Shown here piece by piece: positions 39,141-50,719 of a stretch of 64,000 nt of DNA. A program made the position numbers and the translations under genes. Within the stretch, counting starts at the first letter, position 1. The number at the start of each line of letters is the position of its first letter. Source of the DNA: Takakia lepidozioides (Eukaryota > Plantae > Bryophyta); NCBI GenBank assembly GCA_030704615.1, contig CM060731.1, forward strand, positions 25,854,001 to 25,918,000, given 5' to 3'. A model generated the notes under the pieces. That model made no database searches. It was not told where the DNA came from and was given only the letters and a program-made list of their open reading frames with translations.

Positions 39141-40849
39141 TGTTGCATTTAAAGGATGAGAGACAAAGTTATCCTGAGCAGGTTAATCACACACTGACAT
39201 TAGTGTTTCTGCCATGAAAATACCCATGATCCAGAATGATTGAGTGTATGGAAGATCAATACGATTGTGCAGAAAATGGCAAAATGCTGCACAATGTTGT
39301 GGGCTTGGAATGTTTCAAGATGTGGGTTTATATTGCTAAGAAGAGGAACGTCGACTGCCAAGTGGAGGTTCAAGAAAGTACCTTGTACGGAGGGAAATTG
39401 ATGAAGGTATCGTGCTGCATCCCCGCCTGTTGAGAAAATATGAAGTTAATTAATGCATAACCAAACGAACAGAAAAGAGAAGAAAGTGGAGAAATGATAT
39501 CGAATAATACCGATGTCGCCTTATTGGAAAGTCCCGCTGGTGGGCTTAGCATCCCAACGGAAGTATTTTGACGAGACCCCGGTATGTCCGATGTATTCTT
39601 TTTCTTCCTCGAGTCTGTTTTGTCTCTGACGAAGGACTTCTCTCCGGTGGAACCGATTTGTAGAAGAGATGGAAATGGTTTGGGGGCCCTATTCCGCTTC
39701 CTCGGTGCAGAACATTGCGCCAACACTGCAGGGTTGGGAAGCCGAGAAGTTGCAATTGAAGTTTCGTCCTTGTCCTCGTCGAAAGGGTTGTGGAGAAGGG
39801 GAACGGAATGGAAATTGTCCCTTGAGCACTCCACATCCTGAATGGAATTCACACGTAACGAAGGGATTACCTCGGAACAGATTTCCAATGAAGACGTCGT
39901 TTGACAGGAAGGTCACAATCCGTAGATTTTCTGGCCTGGAGTAAAACAAGAACATCAGACCCAGTACTAAGGAAAACAAAAGGACGAGTTAGAATTCAGA
40001 TATAAGTAATTTTACCTGACTCCTTCTGATTTGGGTTGTCCAACCTTCGTGCTAGGGAGAGAAGAAGGGAAGAGAGGCAACAGTATGTTGCGGAGCCGCA
40101 ACCTCAGCCGCGTCCTCAATGGATGACATTCTCGAGGTATATTTCAAACCTTTGACACTTAACATGGAGGATGAGGATTGTAGAGTGAGGTCCACGAAAT
40201 CCCCTGCACATTTGTCAAATTGGCTTCTATCTTCGACATTCAATCCTAAACAATCCTGCGACAGAACATCATTTTCAGGAATGGACTGAAGAAGAGGATC
40301 GTGCAATTGAAGGGAAGCCAAGTGCCTGGATGATGCTTCACCGTCGATGACAGAAATCTCAACAGTAGTGTGAATGTTGTCCCTCTGTCGACGAATTTCT
40401 GATATGGAGGATTCCAATGGAGGTCCCGACAAGAAGTTGGCATCAGCAGCATCTCCATGAACATGCAGAAACGAACTTACAAGGTCAATGTACAGACACA
40501 AGATAACCTCCACTGCAAAGTGGAGGTTGTCGGATTTAAAAAAGCCCCCGAGACGAGTTTCGGAGAAGGCATGTATCTCAGAGGATCGGGATGGTATAGG
40601 GTGGAGAAACACTTGGATGAGCTAGGAGATAGCAAACAAGTCCATGTCAATTCAGATTGAAAAGAAATCACAGTACACAACAATTTTTATAGAAAAACAA
40701 TACAACTTATAGAAAAACCAATCAAAAATATACATTGAATCACAGACGTGGTTGATCAATAAAATCTTTATTTTGATGCATCATATCGGAGATTCCCGCA
40801 ATTAGAATCATCAACATAATCCAAGAGAGGCTTAAACTTGAGATCGGTG

Positions 40850-41470
40850 GAAACATTCTGACAAGGCTTAAGTCATATCCTCTTTTCCCTGAGATAACTG
40901 GAAACGGTGCGAGATTTCTTCATTTCAAGCAAATATTTCTGGAGAACCTTCAGGAGATAGCAAGAGTCCGTCTCAATGGATTCAAACGATTTTGGAATCA
41001 GATAGGATTCAGGCGGGGTTCAACACACACTTAATAGCAGAATTGTCAATGAGTAGAGTGTTACTGCTGTTGTACTGACCACCAAATCTTTGCCAGACCG
41101 TCATCAATGGCTTCAAGAACAGACTCGGTGGGTCGTATCCTGATATAAATTGAGGGTGGACAGAAGTAGGATAGGAGATACAATCTTCTTGAGACATAAC
41201 GAATGTCGGCTGAGGAAGACCCCGAAGCATAAAGTCCAGGACAGGTTGCAAGTTCTTGTACATCATGCAGCTCCATATACCTAGACGGAATGTTTGTTCA
41301 ACTCTGTCCACATCTCACGATATTTTTCCCGCCTATAGACAAGTCGAAATCCAACAAGAGCTGGTATCCTGTAGTCTGTCTCGGACATTCGGGGGACATC
41401 GTAGCTCTTCTGGTGCTTCAAGACTTTGCACAAAACTCCATTTTGCAACTGGAGAAATTGGTGCTGCAAT
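40850..41470 (-). pseudogene. FCP1/NIF domain 3
   Basis: LQLQNGVLC...LVYRREKYREM / TFRLGIWSC...VMSQEDC...LFLKPLMTVW...YNSSNTLLIDNSAIKCVLNP*, with a frameshift and a stop. Confidence 0.78.
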
Positions 41471-41579
41471 CTGTGAGAAATTCATACATCCACTCAGGTG
41501 GTAATCAAGATAAACCAAGGACAGGATTGACATTGGGAGCAACGTCCACTGGACAGTCGAGGTTCAGGAAAATCTAGAG

Positions 41580-42290
41580 CAGCCATCGACGTTTCAATCT
41601 GTTCCAAGGAAGCGTCATGAAATTTTTGTTTTCTAAGATAAACCTGCCACTGCAAATCCCATAGCAAGAGGCATTTGACCTTTGGGTCATTATACGGTGG
41701 ACATCCTATGGGTTTTTCCACGTTGAATATATCGGCGTCTTTTCCGGATAACCGCAACTCTTCCAGGTGCGGTTTGAGTTCATCCAGAAGAAACTTGTCT
41801 TTGTATGGGTTGACTAGCGCTTTATATTTTGGAAGGAAGATACCGATCGACTTTGGGCTCAAGTAGGACTTATACATATTTTCTACAGTGTCGATAAGAA
41901 GTGTGTTTGATTTGTAAGCTACAGTGTCGTCTACAGTGAAAAGGTCGTAGAGGCGTTTAAGATATATTGGCGCTCTCGGATATTTGGGCCATTCGTCACT
42001 GAAAGTCTGTCTATGCTTCACGCAGTTCTCATTGCTGAATCCCTGACCTTGTAAAACCTTCTTCCAAACAAAGCCAGCCCTATATCCAGGACATTTTCTA
42101 ACGGTCCAGTGTTCCAAAAGTAGACCTTAAAATGCTTAAGGACCCATTTCAAGAAGTCGTCTAACCCATTTCGGACTGCAAGCTTGAATTTTCCAGTGCA
42201 CACACAAGGATGGGTTGCGGGAGGGGATCTCGGGCCATCTCGGAGGTAAACCTCACCAAGGTAACCGACGTCAAGAACCAGGACATATTA
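41580..42290 (-). pseudogene. FCP1/NIF domain 2
   Basis: YVLVLDVGYL...VRNGLDDFLKWVLKHFKVYFWN / IYLKRLYDLF...NTLLIDT..YKSYLSP...DKFLLDELKPHLEEL, with a frameshift near 42100. Confidence 0.72.
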
Positions 42291-42925
42291 TCCTGGTCGA
42301 CATCCTTTCGGTCCCTCAGAGAGGCGATACCAATCCTGTGGGTTCACAGATTTGTGATAGTCGATTAGAGGGTGAGTCATATCATCCTATGGAATAACAG
42401 AACAATTAATTTATTTTAAAAACTAGAAGAAGGAAAAAGAAGAACATAGCTAAGATGGTTATGAAGTGTATACCCGTTTCGGGGAGGAATTCCGAAGTTG
42501 CTGCTGTGGTTGCTCACTCTTTATTCCTTTGCGCTGAGCAACGACCATCGCCGACTCATCTCCTCCATCTCGCAACGTCGACTGGGCAGTGGAGGTTTCT
42601 TGTATGACCGGATCAGGTGGGCTGACCCTTATTGTTAAGTCCACGTGCCTCCTCACTGTTTGAGTCACGATGGATTATGTCCGGGTTTGTGTGATTTCCT
42701 CCAATTTCCGTTCATGGATCTATACGAGTTTTCGTAACCGACATGTAAAGTTGAAGGTGGGAAATATCAAGATACAGATTAGATATTGGCAAAAACACAA
42801 ACAGAACACAACCAGATGCAATTTGTTCCATTTATAATACTTAAAGACACCATAAATCTCCAGGTGTCATTCGTTACCTACATCCAAATTGACATGTTGG
42901 GAACACTTTGAGAGTAAGTTGGGCT

Positions 42926-45900
42926 CTAAGTTCGGCCTTTGCCTCCGCTGTTTTTTCCGGGAGACGGGCTTTTAGTCCTGGCTCTATCACCACTGTCACG
43001 TTTTGCGGGAGACGGGCTCCTAGTCCTCGCTCTATGTCTGCTGTCTTTTGTGGGACACGGGCTCTTTGTCCTCGCTCTCTCTACCCTCTCTTTTGTGGGA
43101 GACGGGGACATTGGCGCCGGCTCGTCCCCTTCTACAGGTTTGAACCAGTCTTCTGCACTCCCAACAATATTGCCGCCCACCTCGATTGAGCTCGCCTCCG
43201 CACCCCTTGAGGGTGAAGCATGATTACTCTTAGTTCTTTCGCTTGAACTCGACGAATCCCCATCCAGAATCACGAGCTTGTGGACCGCAACGTCTTGCGT
43301 GATGTTCTCAATACCATCGAGTGACTGAGTTCTGAAATCTTGAATCACATCTAGGTGTCCAGCCTCCCAACGGTCTGCATTGTCTCCATCATGGCCCTCG
43401 TTGTCCTCGTTACCATCGATGCCCTCGTCTTCCTCTCCGTGTTCGGAATGTCCGCCTCCTTCTTCCAAGTCTTCATCTTCCTCCTCCTCATCCTCATCAT
43501 CGTCTCCGCCATCAACCTCTTCAGCAACATTGTCATTCTCAATTTGAAGTTTCTTAAAATTCGCTTCAACTTTTCCTTTGCAATTTTTTTTTTTTTGGTG
43601 AGTGGTTGATGTCAAGCACTCGAATGTTTCTTGCCTGCAGATAAACCCAGTCAGTAAAACAGAGGACGTTTTCGATCAAAAATGTAAAAATCGTATTTAA
43701 AATACAAAAAGGTTTTACTTTTACATGAAGGGCGTACGTCATCATCACGCCTCCGAAGATGTTGACAGCGGACATCCCGTCTCGAAAAAATAGGGAGGCC
43801 AAATAGTTGTATGTGTCAACTCGTGGCTCATGATTATAACTCCTGCACTCTTCTTCAAAAGCTGATGGCTTCTCAGAAGGCCCTTCCAGAATCGGCTGTA
43901 TTGGCTCGATTAAGAGTACGGTGGCGATGTGCTTGTCCGGATTCTGCGTCTCCTCAGGTGTCGCTGGAAAATCATAATCCAGGCACAGTACAGTCCGAGA
44001 GAAAGTCTTCGTGCTGTTTTTGTAAACATTTTCATACTCCCCCGGTACATAAAATCCCTGCCGGACAAGATACGATGTTCTTCCGGGACCATTTAGGATG
44101 TAGGAGACCAGATTGGCCGAGGACGGTTGCGTCGAGAAGAAAACAAAAGCACTCGTGTTCATTTTCTGAGCCACAAAAGCCTCCAGTATGTTCACATAAT
44201 CCTTGGACTCAAATACCACAGAGTCATCTTCAGAAATTGTATTGACGAACACCATCGCTACGTTGTCAAACCGTTTCTTCGGTGCGAGTCGCAGACGGGA
44301 CTTGGCATCGGTGAATTTTGTTTCCCCCCCCATGAGAGCGTAATGAGACTTGAAACTCGCTGAAATAATCGCCATGGCATCCTCTCTATCCTCATAAGCT
44401 TTCTTGATGGAGGAGACGTACTTAACAAAAGCGGCCGTGAGTGGTTTTGTCTCAATGTTCATCTTGATCTTGCTTTGGATGTAATCCGTCCCCAGTTTGT
44501 CTTTGAATGTTGAGAACTCTGCCTTACTGAAGTGGTAATTTTTCTTCACTTCACGCCACTCGTCCTTAGTGTATGGTTCGTTAGTTCCGTGCACTGTTTG
44601 CTCCTCCGAGGCCACCCCAACACTTCCATAACATCGTCGACAATAAACCGGCGCATTTTCATGTCGTCTATGTACTTGTTCATGCCTTGAATTGATTTGT
44701 CTTGTCCTTTGTAATCTCGAATGGTCAATTTCAGGTCCAGGATTTTCTGCGCAAACTTTTATCAGCTGCCATCTGTTCAAACCTTGCAGCTTTGCGATAG
44801 CAGATTTCATGAGCGGTTGTTGTTCACCCTTGTAATGTATCCCAAGCGGGTCGAGTAGCTTTCCCTGCTCCCAGTTTTTGAAAACATCTTCCCAGATCTT
44901 CCAAATGTCGTCATCGCAAAGTACCAGGACCATTGCCTCCTTAATGCTACCCATTTCAAGTATCAAATGACAGGCAAACATAAACTCCTGCACATTCATC
45001 CAGGGAAAAATTAGGTGTCACTCCAACAATAGAAGTATTCTTTAGCATAAAATGAATGTGAATAGTAGATTTTGATTCCATAAATGCATACCTTCCATTG
45101 TTTCGTCTCGGACTTGGTGGTGTGATCGTTGTATTTCTTTGGCTTCCCCCTGAGGTTGAATAACATTCGCGCATGCGCAACTTTCTCCGGCATTGTTGTA
45201 TCAAACTTTTGCGCCTTATTGGGATCGTTGAGGAGCTTTGACCATTTCAGCAGCCTTTGTTCATCGGTAGACCATACAATCTTCGCAGGCCACTCCCGGT
45301 AGTACTCCTTCAGTTCACTGTCGGCAAGATCCTCGAGAAGTTCCTGCTACAGTTAATGTAAAATGGATGAGAGAGTTGAAAGTGTAGGGACATATCCAAT
45401 TTTGTTGATCAACACCAACCTCCACTGCCCAGTGGAGGTTCGTTAAAAGAGAGGTCTGGAAATGAAGTCCATTACCTTTGCTGCCACGATGGTGTGTTGT
45501 CCACCAATTACGAAGAACCTGGATACATCCATTTTCTTCCATTGCTTCGGTCGCGATGAAGCAATCTTCTCGGGATTGGAAGGGTTGATTGGCGCAAGAT
45601 ACACCGGATGTTTGGACTCGGACAAATGAAGCTGGAAGAGTCGCGCTTTCACTTCGTCCTTGTGCTTGATATTTAACGGCTTGTAAACCATGCTCCTTGG
45701 AGCTAATTCCATCATAGAAACCTTCACAAGGAAGGTACTCTCGAATCCGAATGGAAATACGTCATTGTATTCCTTCGTGAGTCTCTCCTCCATCTTCTCG
45801 CATTTTTCCTTATCGAAAATCTCCCCAACTTTAGGTCTCTTGTTATCTGACATCAATGCTGCATCCTGATCCTCCTTCTGTTTCTTCTTTCCTGCGGAAG

Positions 45901-46483
45901 TCCCGGCCTCATTGTCATCATTGCCGGCTGTCGACAACTTGCGTTTTCCCTTCTTCGGCTTTGATGCTTCCTGTAGTGCTCGTTTCTTGCGAATGTTGTT
46001 CCCCATTGCGTGCAGAAGATCCAGAAAAATACTCCAGGCCCTCGACAAACCTACGTCGGTAAATACTGAGCCCTCGTCCGGAAATCTAAAACCCAGTGCA
46101 ATGCATTCACTCATCAACGACTAGTTCAGACGACCCACCTCCACTTTGAAACCAAACGTCCTGGGGGTTCTCGCATCCTCATGCAGGAACAAAACCAACA
46201 TCGGGTTTTTCTCTTCAGATTCAAGCTCTATTTCGAGAGCTTCTGCGTATTTTAAGTCTGTTATTACTCCAAGACTTCTGTAATGAAAAGATAGTTTGTG
46301 ATCAGGAGGTGTACCGACAGGCACGATGCCCCAATCTGTCACCTTTGGGTTAAGCTCAAAAATTGCGGTATGTTTAGTTTTGAAATGTGAGGACTTTCGG
46401 CATACGAATGCGCCACAAATATCTCCAATCAATCCCAGGACGCAATCTGGTGGTGTAGGATGTCTTCTGTTACAACCAAACAC
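42926..46483 (-). pseudogene. Multi-exon gene: ParB/Srx-like domain, helical region, degenerate beta-class amino-methyltransferase-like domain, acidic tract and RARTKSPSP repeats
   Basis: YKPLNIKHKDEV...FFVIGGQHTIVAAK followed by a GT intron. Later HEPRVDTYNYLASLFFRDGMSAVNIFGGVMMTYALH|ARNIRVLDI, resembling the L..F...G..VLD.F.G.G.T..A...R SAM-binding end of beta MTases. No (D/S)PP(Y/F) motif seen. Stops and frameshifts present. Confidence 0.5.
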
Positions 46484-46788
46484 AAATTCATTAGATAATC
46501 AAATAACAAGATCTCTCTTACTAGCATCCATCATTCCAGAAATAAGAACCTCCACTGGACACTGGAGGTTCGTATGTACGAAGCTTTCTACATGAAATGG
46601 GAAATCCTCCATATTTTACAGATGTTGTAGAAAAAAACTTTAATGAAAATGAGGCTCAGGAGCCATTGAGTACATTATCCTGAAACAGGACAAATCTACA
46701 ATAGAAATCTACGAACCTAATTCGTCCAAAAAATACTCAGGGACTTCTCGCACTATATTCAAACGATTCTAGATTATATACCCAAGAA

Positions 46789-47347
46789 CTACAAAATTCT
46801 CCTTCTGATCTCTCTGAGTGTATTAGGCGAATAGTCTGGAGGGGTATATTTTGAGGATCCGGTGATACTATCAGGAGACGCAGGGGAGTATCTTGGAGAT
46901 CCGAAGACGTCCAAGAACCAGGACTCCCTGTCTCGTTTCAATGTCCAGGGAGAAGTTTGGAGGGTAATATCCTGCAGATCCTGTTGTGGATTCAGCAGAT
47001 GCTGGCGAGTAACCTGGAGATGCGGGATATCCAAAAACGGTCACTTGTATGGCCGCCAATGTGTCCGGGGAATAGTCTGGAGAGGTGTATGTCGGATAAT
47101 CTTCGGAGTAGGCAGGAGATCCGTTGACATCATTGTTTACATGAACGCTTTCTCTTATTTCTACCAGGGTATCCTTCGAGATGTCTTCAGGTGTATTGTT
47201 GGGAGATTCGGATGCATTCCGCTGGGATTCTACAGTCACATTTTCGTCTATCACAGACACTTTATTTGGCTCGGTAGACCCCCAACTGGATTTTTCATCT
47301 GGTTCCGAAACAACATGTTTTTGATCTGGATGGTCCGCTTCCATCAC
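46789..47347 (-). pseudogene. S/P/Y-rich ORF with YSPxSP repeats (Pol II CTD-like), one frameshift
   Basis: SPAYSEDYPTYTSPDYSPDT, SPGYSPASA, SPRYSPASP and PPDYSPNT in ORFs 46871..47347 and 46789..47034. Confidence 0.5.
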
Positions 47348-49046
47348 GTCTACCGAACACCGTCTCTTGATCCAATTTAAGCTGGCGGTCTTGTTTCAGC
47401 GTCAGACACGGGTTCCCCACCCTCGCTCCTCTTTCTCATACTCATATAAAAACTAATCAGAGTGTGTAACTGGCTGACCCAAAGAAATATCGAACCTCCA
47501 CTGGGTAGTAGAGGTTCACAATTATCGTATCCCAGTTTCGTTGGAAAGTATAATGTGTCACACTTACAATGTTACACATATGATTCCATCACTCGTTCCC
47601 ACATCGTCTCACACTGATTTTTCATTTTTCCCGGAATTACCCGATTTCATCCTAAAGTTAAAAACTGTCTTTCAGCTCCCCCATACAGAATTCACGCGAA
47701 CCTCCACTGGGCAGTGGAGGTTCCAGTTTTTGGTTCATCATGTGCATGACATTGGTCTACGAATAGTCTACTCTGGCCTGCACGAAGCCTACTGTTAGCC
47801 TATGTCTAGTGTAGAATATAAGTAGACTAGGCTATCGTAGTTTTTCAGAATTGCCGAATTCGACAAAATTGGATATGAAATGAAAATTGCCATTCACAAT
47901 TGAATTTGAATGCGAAGAAATGCATCAACTATTGACAAGAACAAACTAACGCTGGATTTGGGGATCAAGAAAACAGTTGAGAAATAAACATCCGGACATT
48001 TCCGAAACCACTGTTCTAAAAAAACCACCACATTGAAAACAAGCAATACAACCAGCACGGTAATCTCCCGCCACCCTAAACCATTACCCTAATCGACCAG
48101 AACAAGCACACACAAACCCTATTGCATACAAAACCACCACACAAAACCACCCTACAAACCATCGGTGAATTAAACAACAACAGTGAAGCAATGAAGCATG
48201 AGTGCACTGAAGCACAAAATGGAGCAGGAATGAAATGAATTGACAGAGAATGAAGCAGGAATGAAGCAAACAACAAAGCAGACAATGAAACAGAAACCTA
48301 ATGTGCACCGAAGCACGGACTGAAGCACTGAAGTACAGATGAGAGTGCACTGAAGACAGTGCAGTGCAACATAGAATGAAGCAGGATCCAAACGAATTGA
48401 ATCGAGAACAGGCCACATGAATCGAGAGCAGGCCATACGAATTGAGAATATGCCAACACAAAACATGAAACATAAGACAAAAGAGGGAGTTTTCAATGTT
48501 GTACCTACTTGTGCCGGCCATTTTGGTGCCCCTGCAACCACAGTCCTTCATTTGATACTCTCTTCCGCACCTCCGCCTGCCGGTAAATGCACTGTGCTCT
48601 CGCCTCTGCACTCGTCAATCTCCATTCGCCACTGTCCTGTCTCTTCTCCCTGCGTTTCAAATTTCAACTATTTCACTCTCTCACCTTTCACCCTCTGCTC
48701 TCTCTGCACTCTGCCAAATCTGCTCTCTTTCTCTCCACGCTCAAATGTACAGTCTCTTTCTCTTCGTGCTCCAAAACTCTTCCCTTTCACGCTCTCCTCT
48801 CTCAACAGTCAAGCTCTCATTCACGCACCGCTTACGCGTATAAAATAGGAAACCCAAAGGTCGGGCTCAAAGAGCGCACCCCTTATAAGCGACCTTCAAG
48901 AATGATCTGAACCATTGCCTCCGTCCGAAATCAAACGGTCGCGCGGCCCAAATGGATGTTCTGCCCCATCCATGCAAACTAACATTAATACTGTCCATCC
49001 ACACAGATGAAATTAGTTCAACTTCTGTTCCAAATTGAATGACGAA

Positions 49047-49431
49047 TGCACTCTCCCTTTCCTCTCTGCTTCTGTTTGCTGTTCAAAGGTAGTCGTCCTG
49101 CCCTGAGTTTAAATTTCAGTCTAGTGCCGAGAGTGGGTAGACCCTTGAGGTCATCCAAGATGTCCTCCATGTCACAGACTGGAAACAAGTTCAGGGAAGT
49201 TTTCTGCCTAACTTCATTTTCATCAGACAATCTCATGGCATCAGACATGGCTGAGGACACTACAGCCTCTAAGTCAGATTTATCCAGCAGGGTCAAGACT
49301 GGCGGATCCAGGTCCAGGTCCTTGAGGATCTCTTCTACTCTCTTCTGCCAGGACTTAGCCTGTTTAGAGAGAAAGAGAGAGAGAGAGCTCATAAGACGTT
49401 GTTTGCTGTGCTTTGGGTGGGAGAGCCTCAA
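49047..49431 (-). mobile_element. LINE (RTE-X-like) ORF2 C-terminal fragment
   Basis: SWQKRVEEILKDLDL...GTRLKFKLRAGRLPLN...C, truncated at the start of the zinc knuckle. Confidence 0.6.
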
Positions 49432-50719
49432 TTAAGGTCTGGACATATTCTGTCTGGACCTCTTTCTTCTGGAATTGTTCTATGCGTCACTTCTGAATCG
49501 AATATTGTCTTCATGTGGCCCCCTACAACGGGCATTTGCAATCCCCCTTTCCTCTCTGCATCTATTTGCTGTTCTTCTCTGTCCCCTTTCTTGTATAGAT
49601 TGTATATCCATTTAAATGCTCAATTGTTTCCACAATGAATCAAAAAGTGGATATTGTCTTGAGATTGCCCACAGATCAGCTGCAGGTTATATGAACCTAT
49701 TTTCCCATGACTGCCATTAAGAGAGAGAGAGAATGTACTAATAAGATGCTGTTTGTCGTTCCCTTGTTGCCACAAACCCCTTTGTGAGGGGCTCACTCAA
49801 CAGGTCCAAGGCTTTAGGCTCAGCCTTGAGATTCTGAAGTTGGTGAACATAGGTGCAAGAACCATGTTCTTGATGTTCCTGTAGAGGGTCCCTCCTTGGT
49901 GAGAATACCCAACAACGTATCAAAAAATGGTTTCTCCAGGTTGCCCACATATCAGGCAATTTCAATCTGGGCTTTCCAGCTTTTGAAATTTTTCTATGCG
50001 CCACTTCTGCATCAAATGTTTCACATATCTCTTGTCGTTTTTTTTACTCATAAAACATTGTTTGTCACAGCCTTGTGGGCATAGACCTTGCGCCAATTGG
50101 GCCAGAAATGAGAGAGAATATACTCATGTCATTCATTGGCTTGTCATAGCCTTATAGTCATCAACCCCGCTCTTTCTTGTTCTTTCTTCATCTTGTGCCA
50201 TAAGCTCTTTGAGCTGCTGTTGGATACTACTAAGTTCCATTTCATTTCCTTTCTCTAGACTCCAGACAGCCTTGAGATGAGTACTTATTACTCTACAAAA
50301 GTACTTGGCCAACTGCATTGAGAAGCGTGATGCCTCGATAGCTCTTATATGTCAGCTTTCTTGTGTAGGTTATCGTGGGATTGCCACCATGCTTGATAAG
50401 CTCATTGAGCATGCCATCAGGTCCACCAGCTTTATATCCGTTTAAATGCTCAATTGCTTCCACAATGAATCAAAGTTGTTTGCAATATCACAGGCCAAGA
50501 TCTCAGCAAGGGATGCGAGCATGATCAGGCCACTGGCTGTCTCTAGGTTTTGAATGGAATTTGGTTGAGTAGAGCAGACAAAGTGTACTTTTTGACAATT
50601 CTTATAACTCTGCAAAATATCTTGTCATCTGCATTGAGGAGCGATGCCTCGATAGTTCCCCGAATCTTCTTTTTTCTTCTGTGTCTGGTTGAGCTTAGGC
50701 ACTAGTTGCTTTTATCGTT

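Larger units (their letters stand above)
39347..47722. repeat. Eight dispersed copies of the 24-bp palindrome (39347, 40505, 41541, 42574, 45417, 46547, 47493, 47699)
   Basis: Perfect copies aacctccactgcccagtggaggtt (45417) and aacctccactgggcagtggaggtt (47699). The others have 1-3 substitutions. Confidence 0.93.
37500..49000 (-). mobile_element. Putative cargo block of a large DNA transposon (all ORFs on the minus strand, decayed)
   Basis: Dense co-oriented disrupted ORFs. Shares the 24-bp palindrome with the transposase block. Boundaries are approximate and no TIR or TSD was identified. Confidence 0.5.

Noticed and set aside
23217-47722. 24-bp palindromes as a CRISPR array
   Set aside because: Copies are 0.1-14 kb apart rather than separated by 30-40-bp spacers, there are no cas genes, and the context is eukaryotic.
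49440-50650. Possible L1 endonuclease remnant with a short internal duplication (about 49603 and 50433)
   Set aside because: Too degraded to assign by eye.
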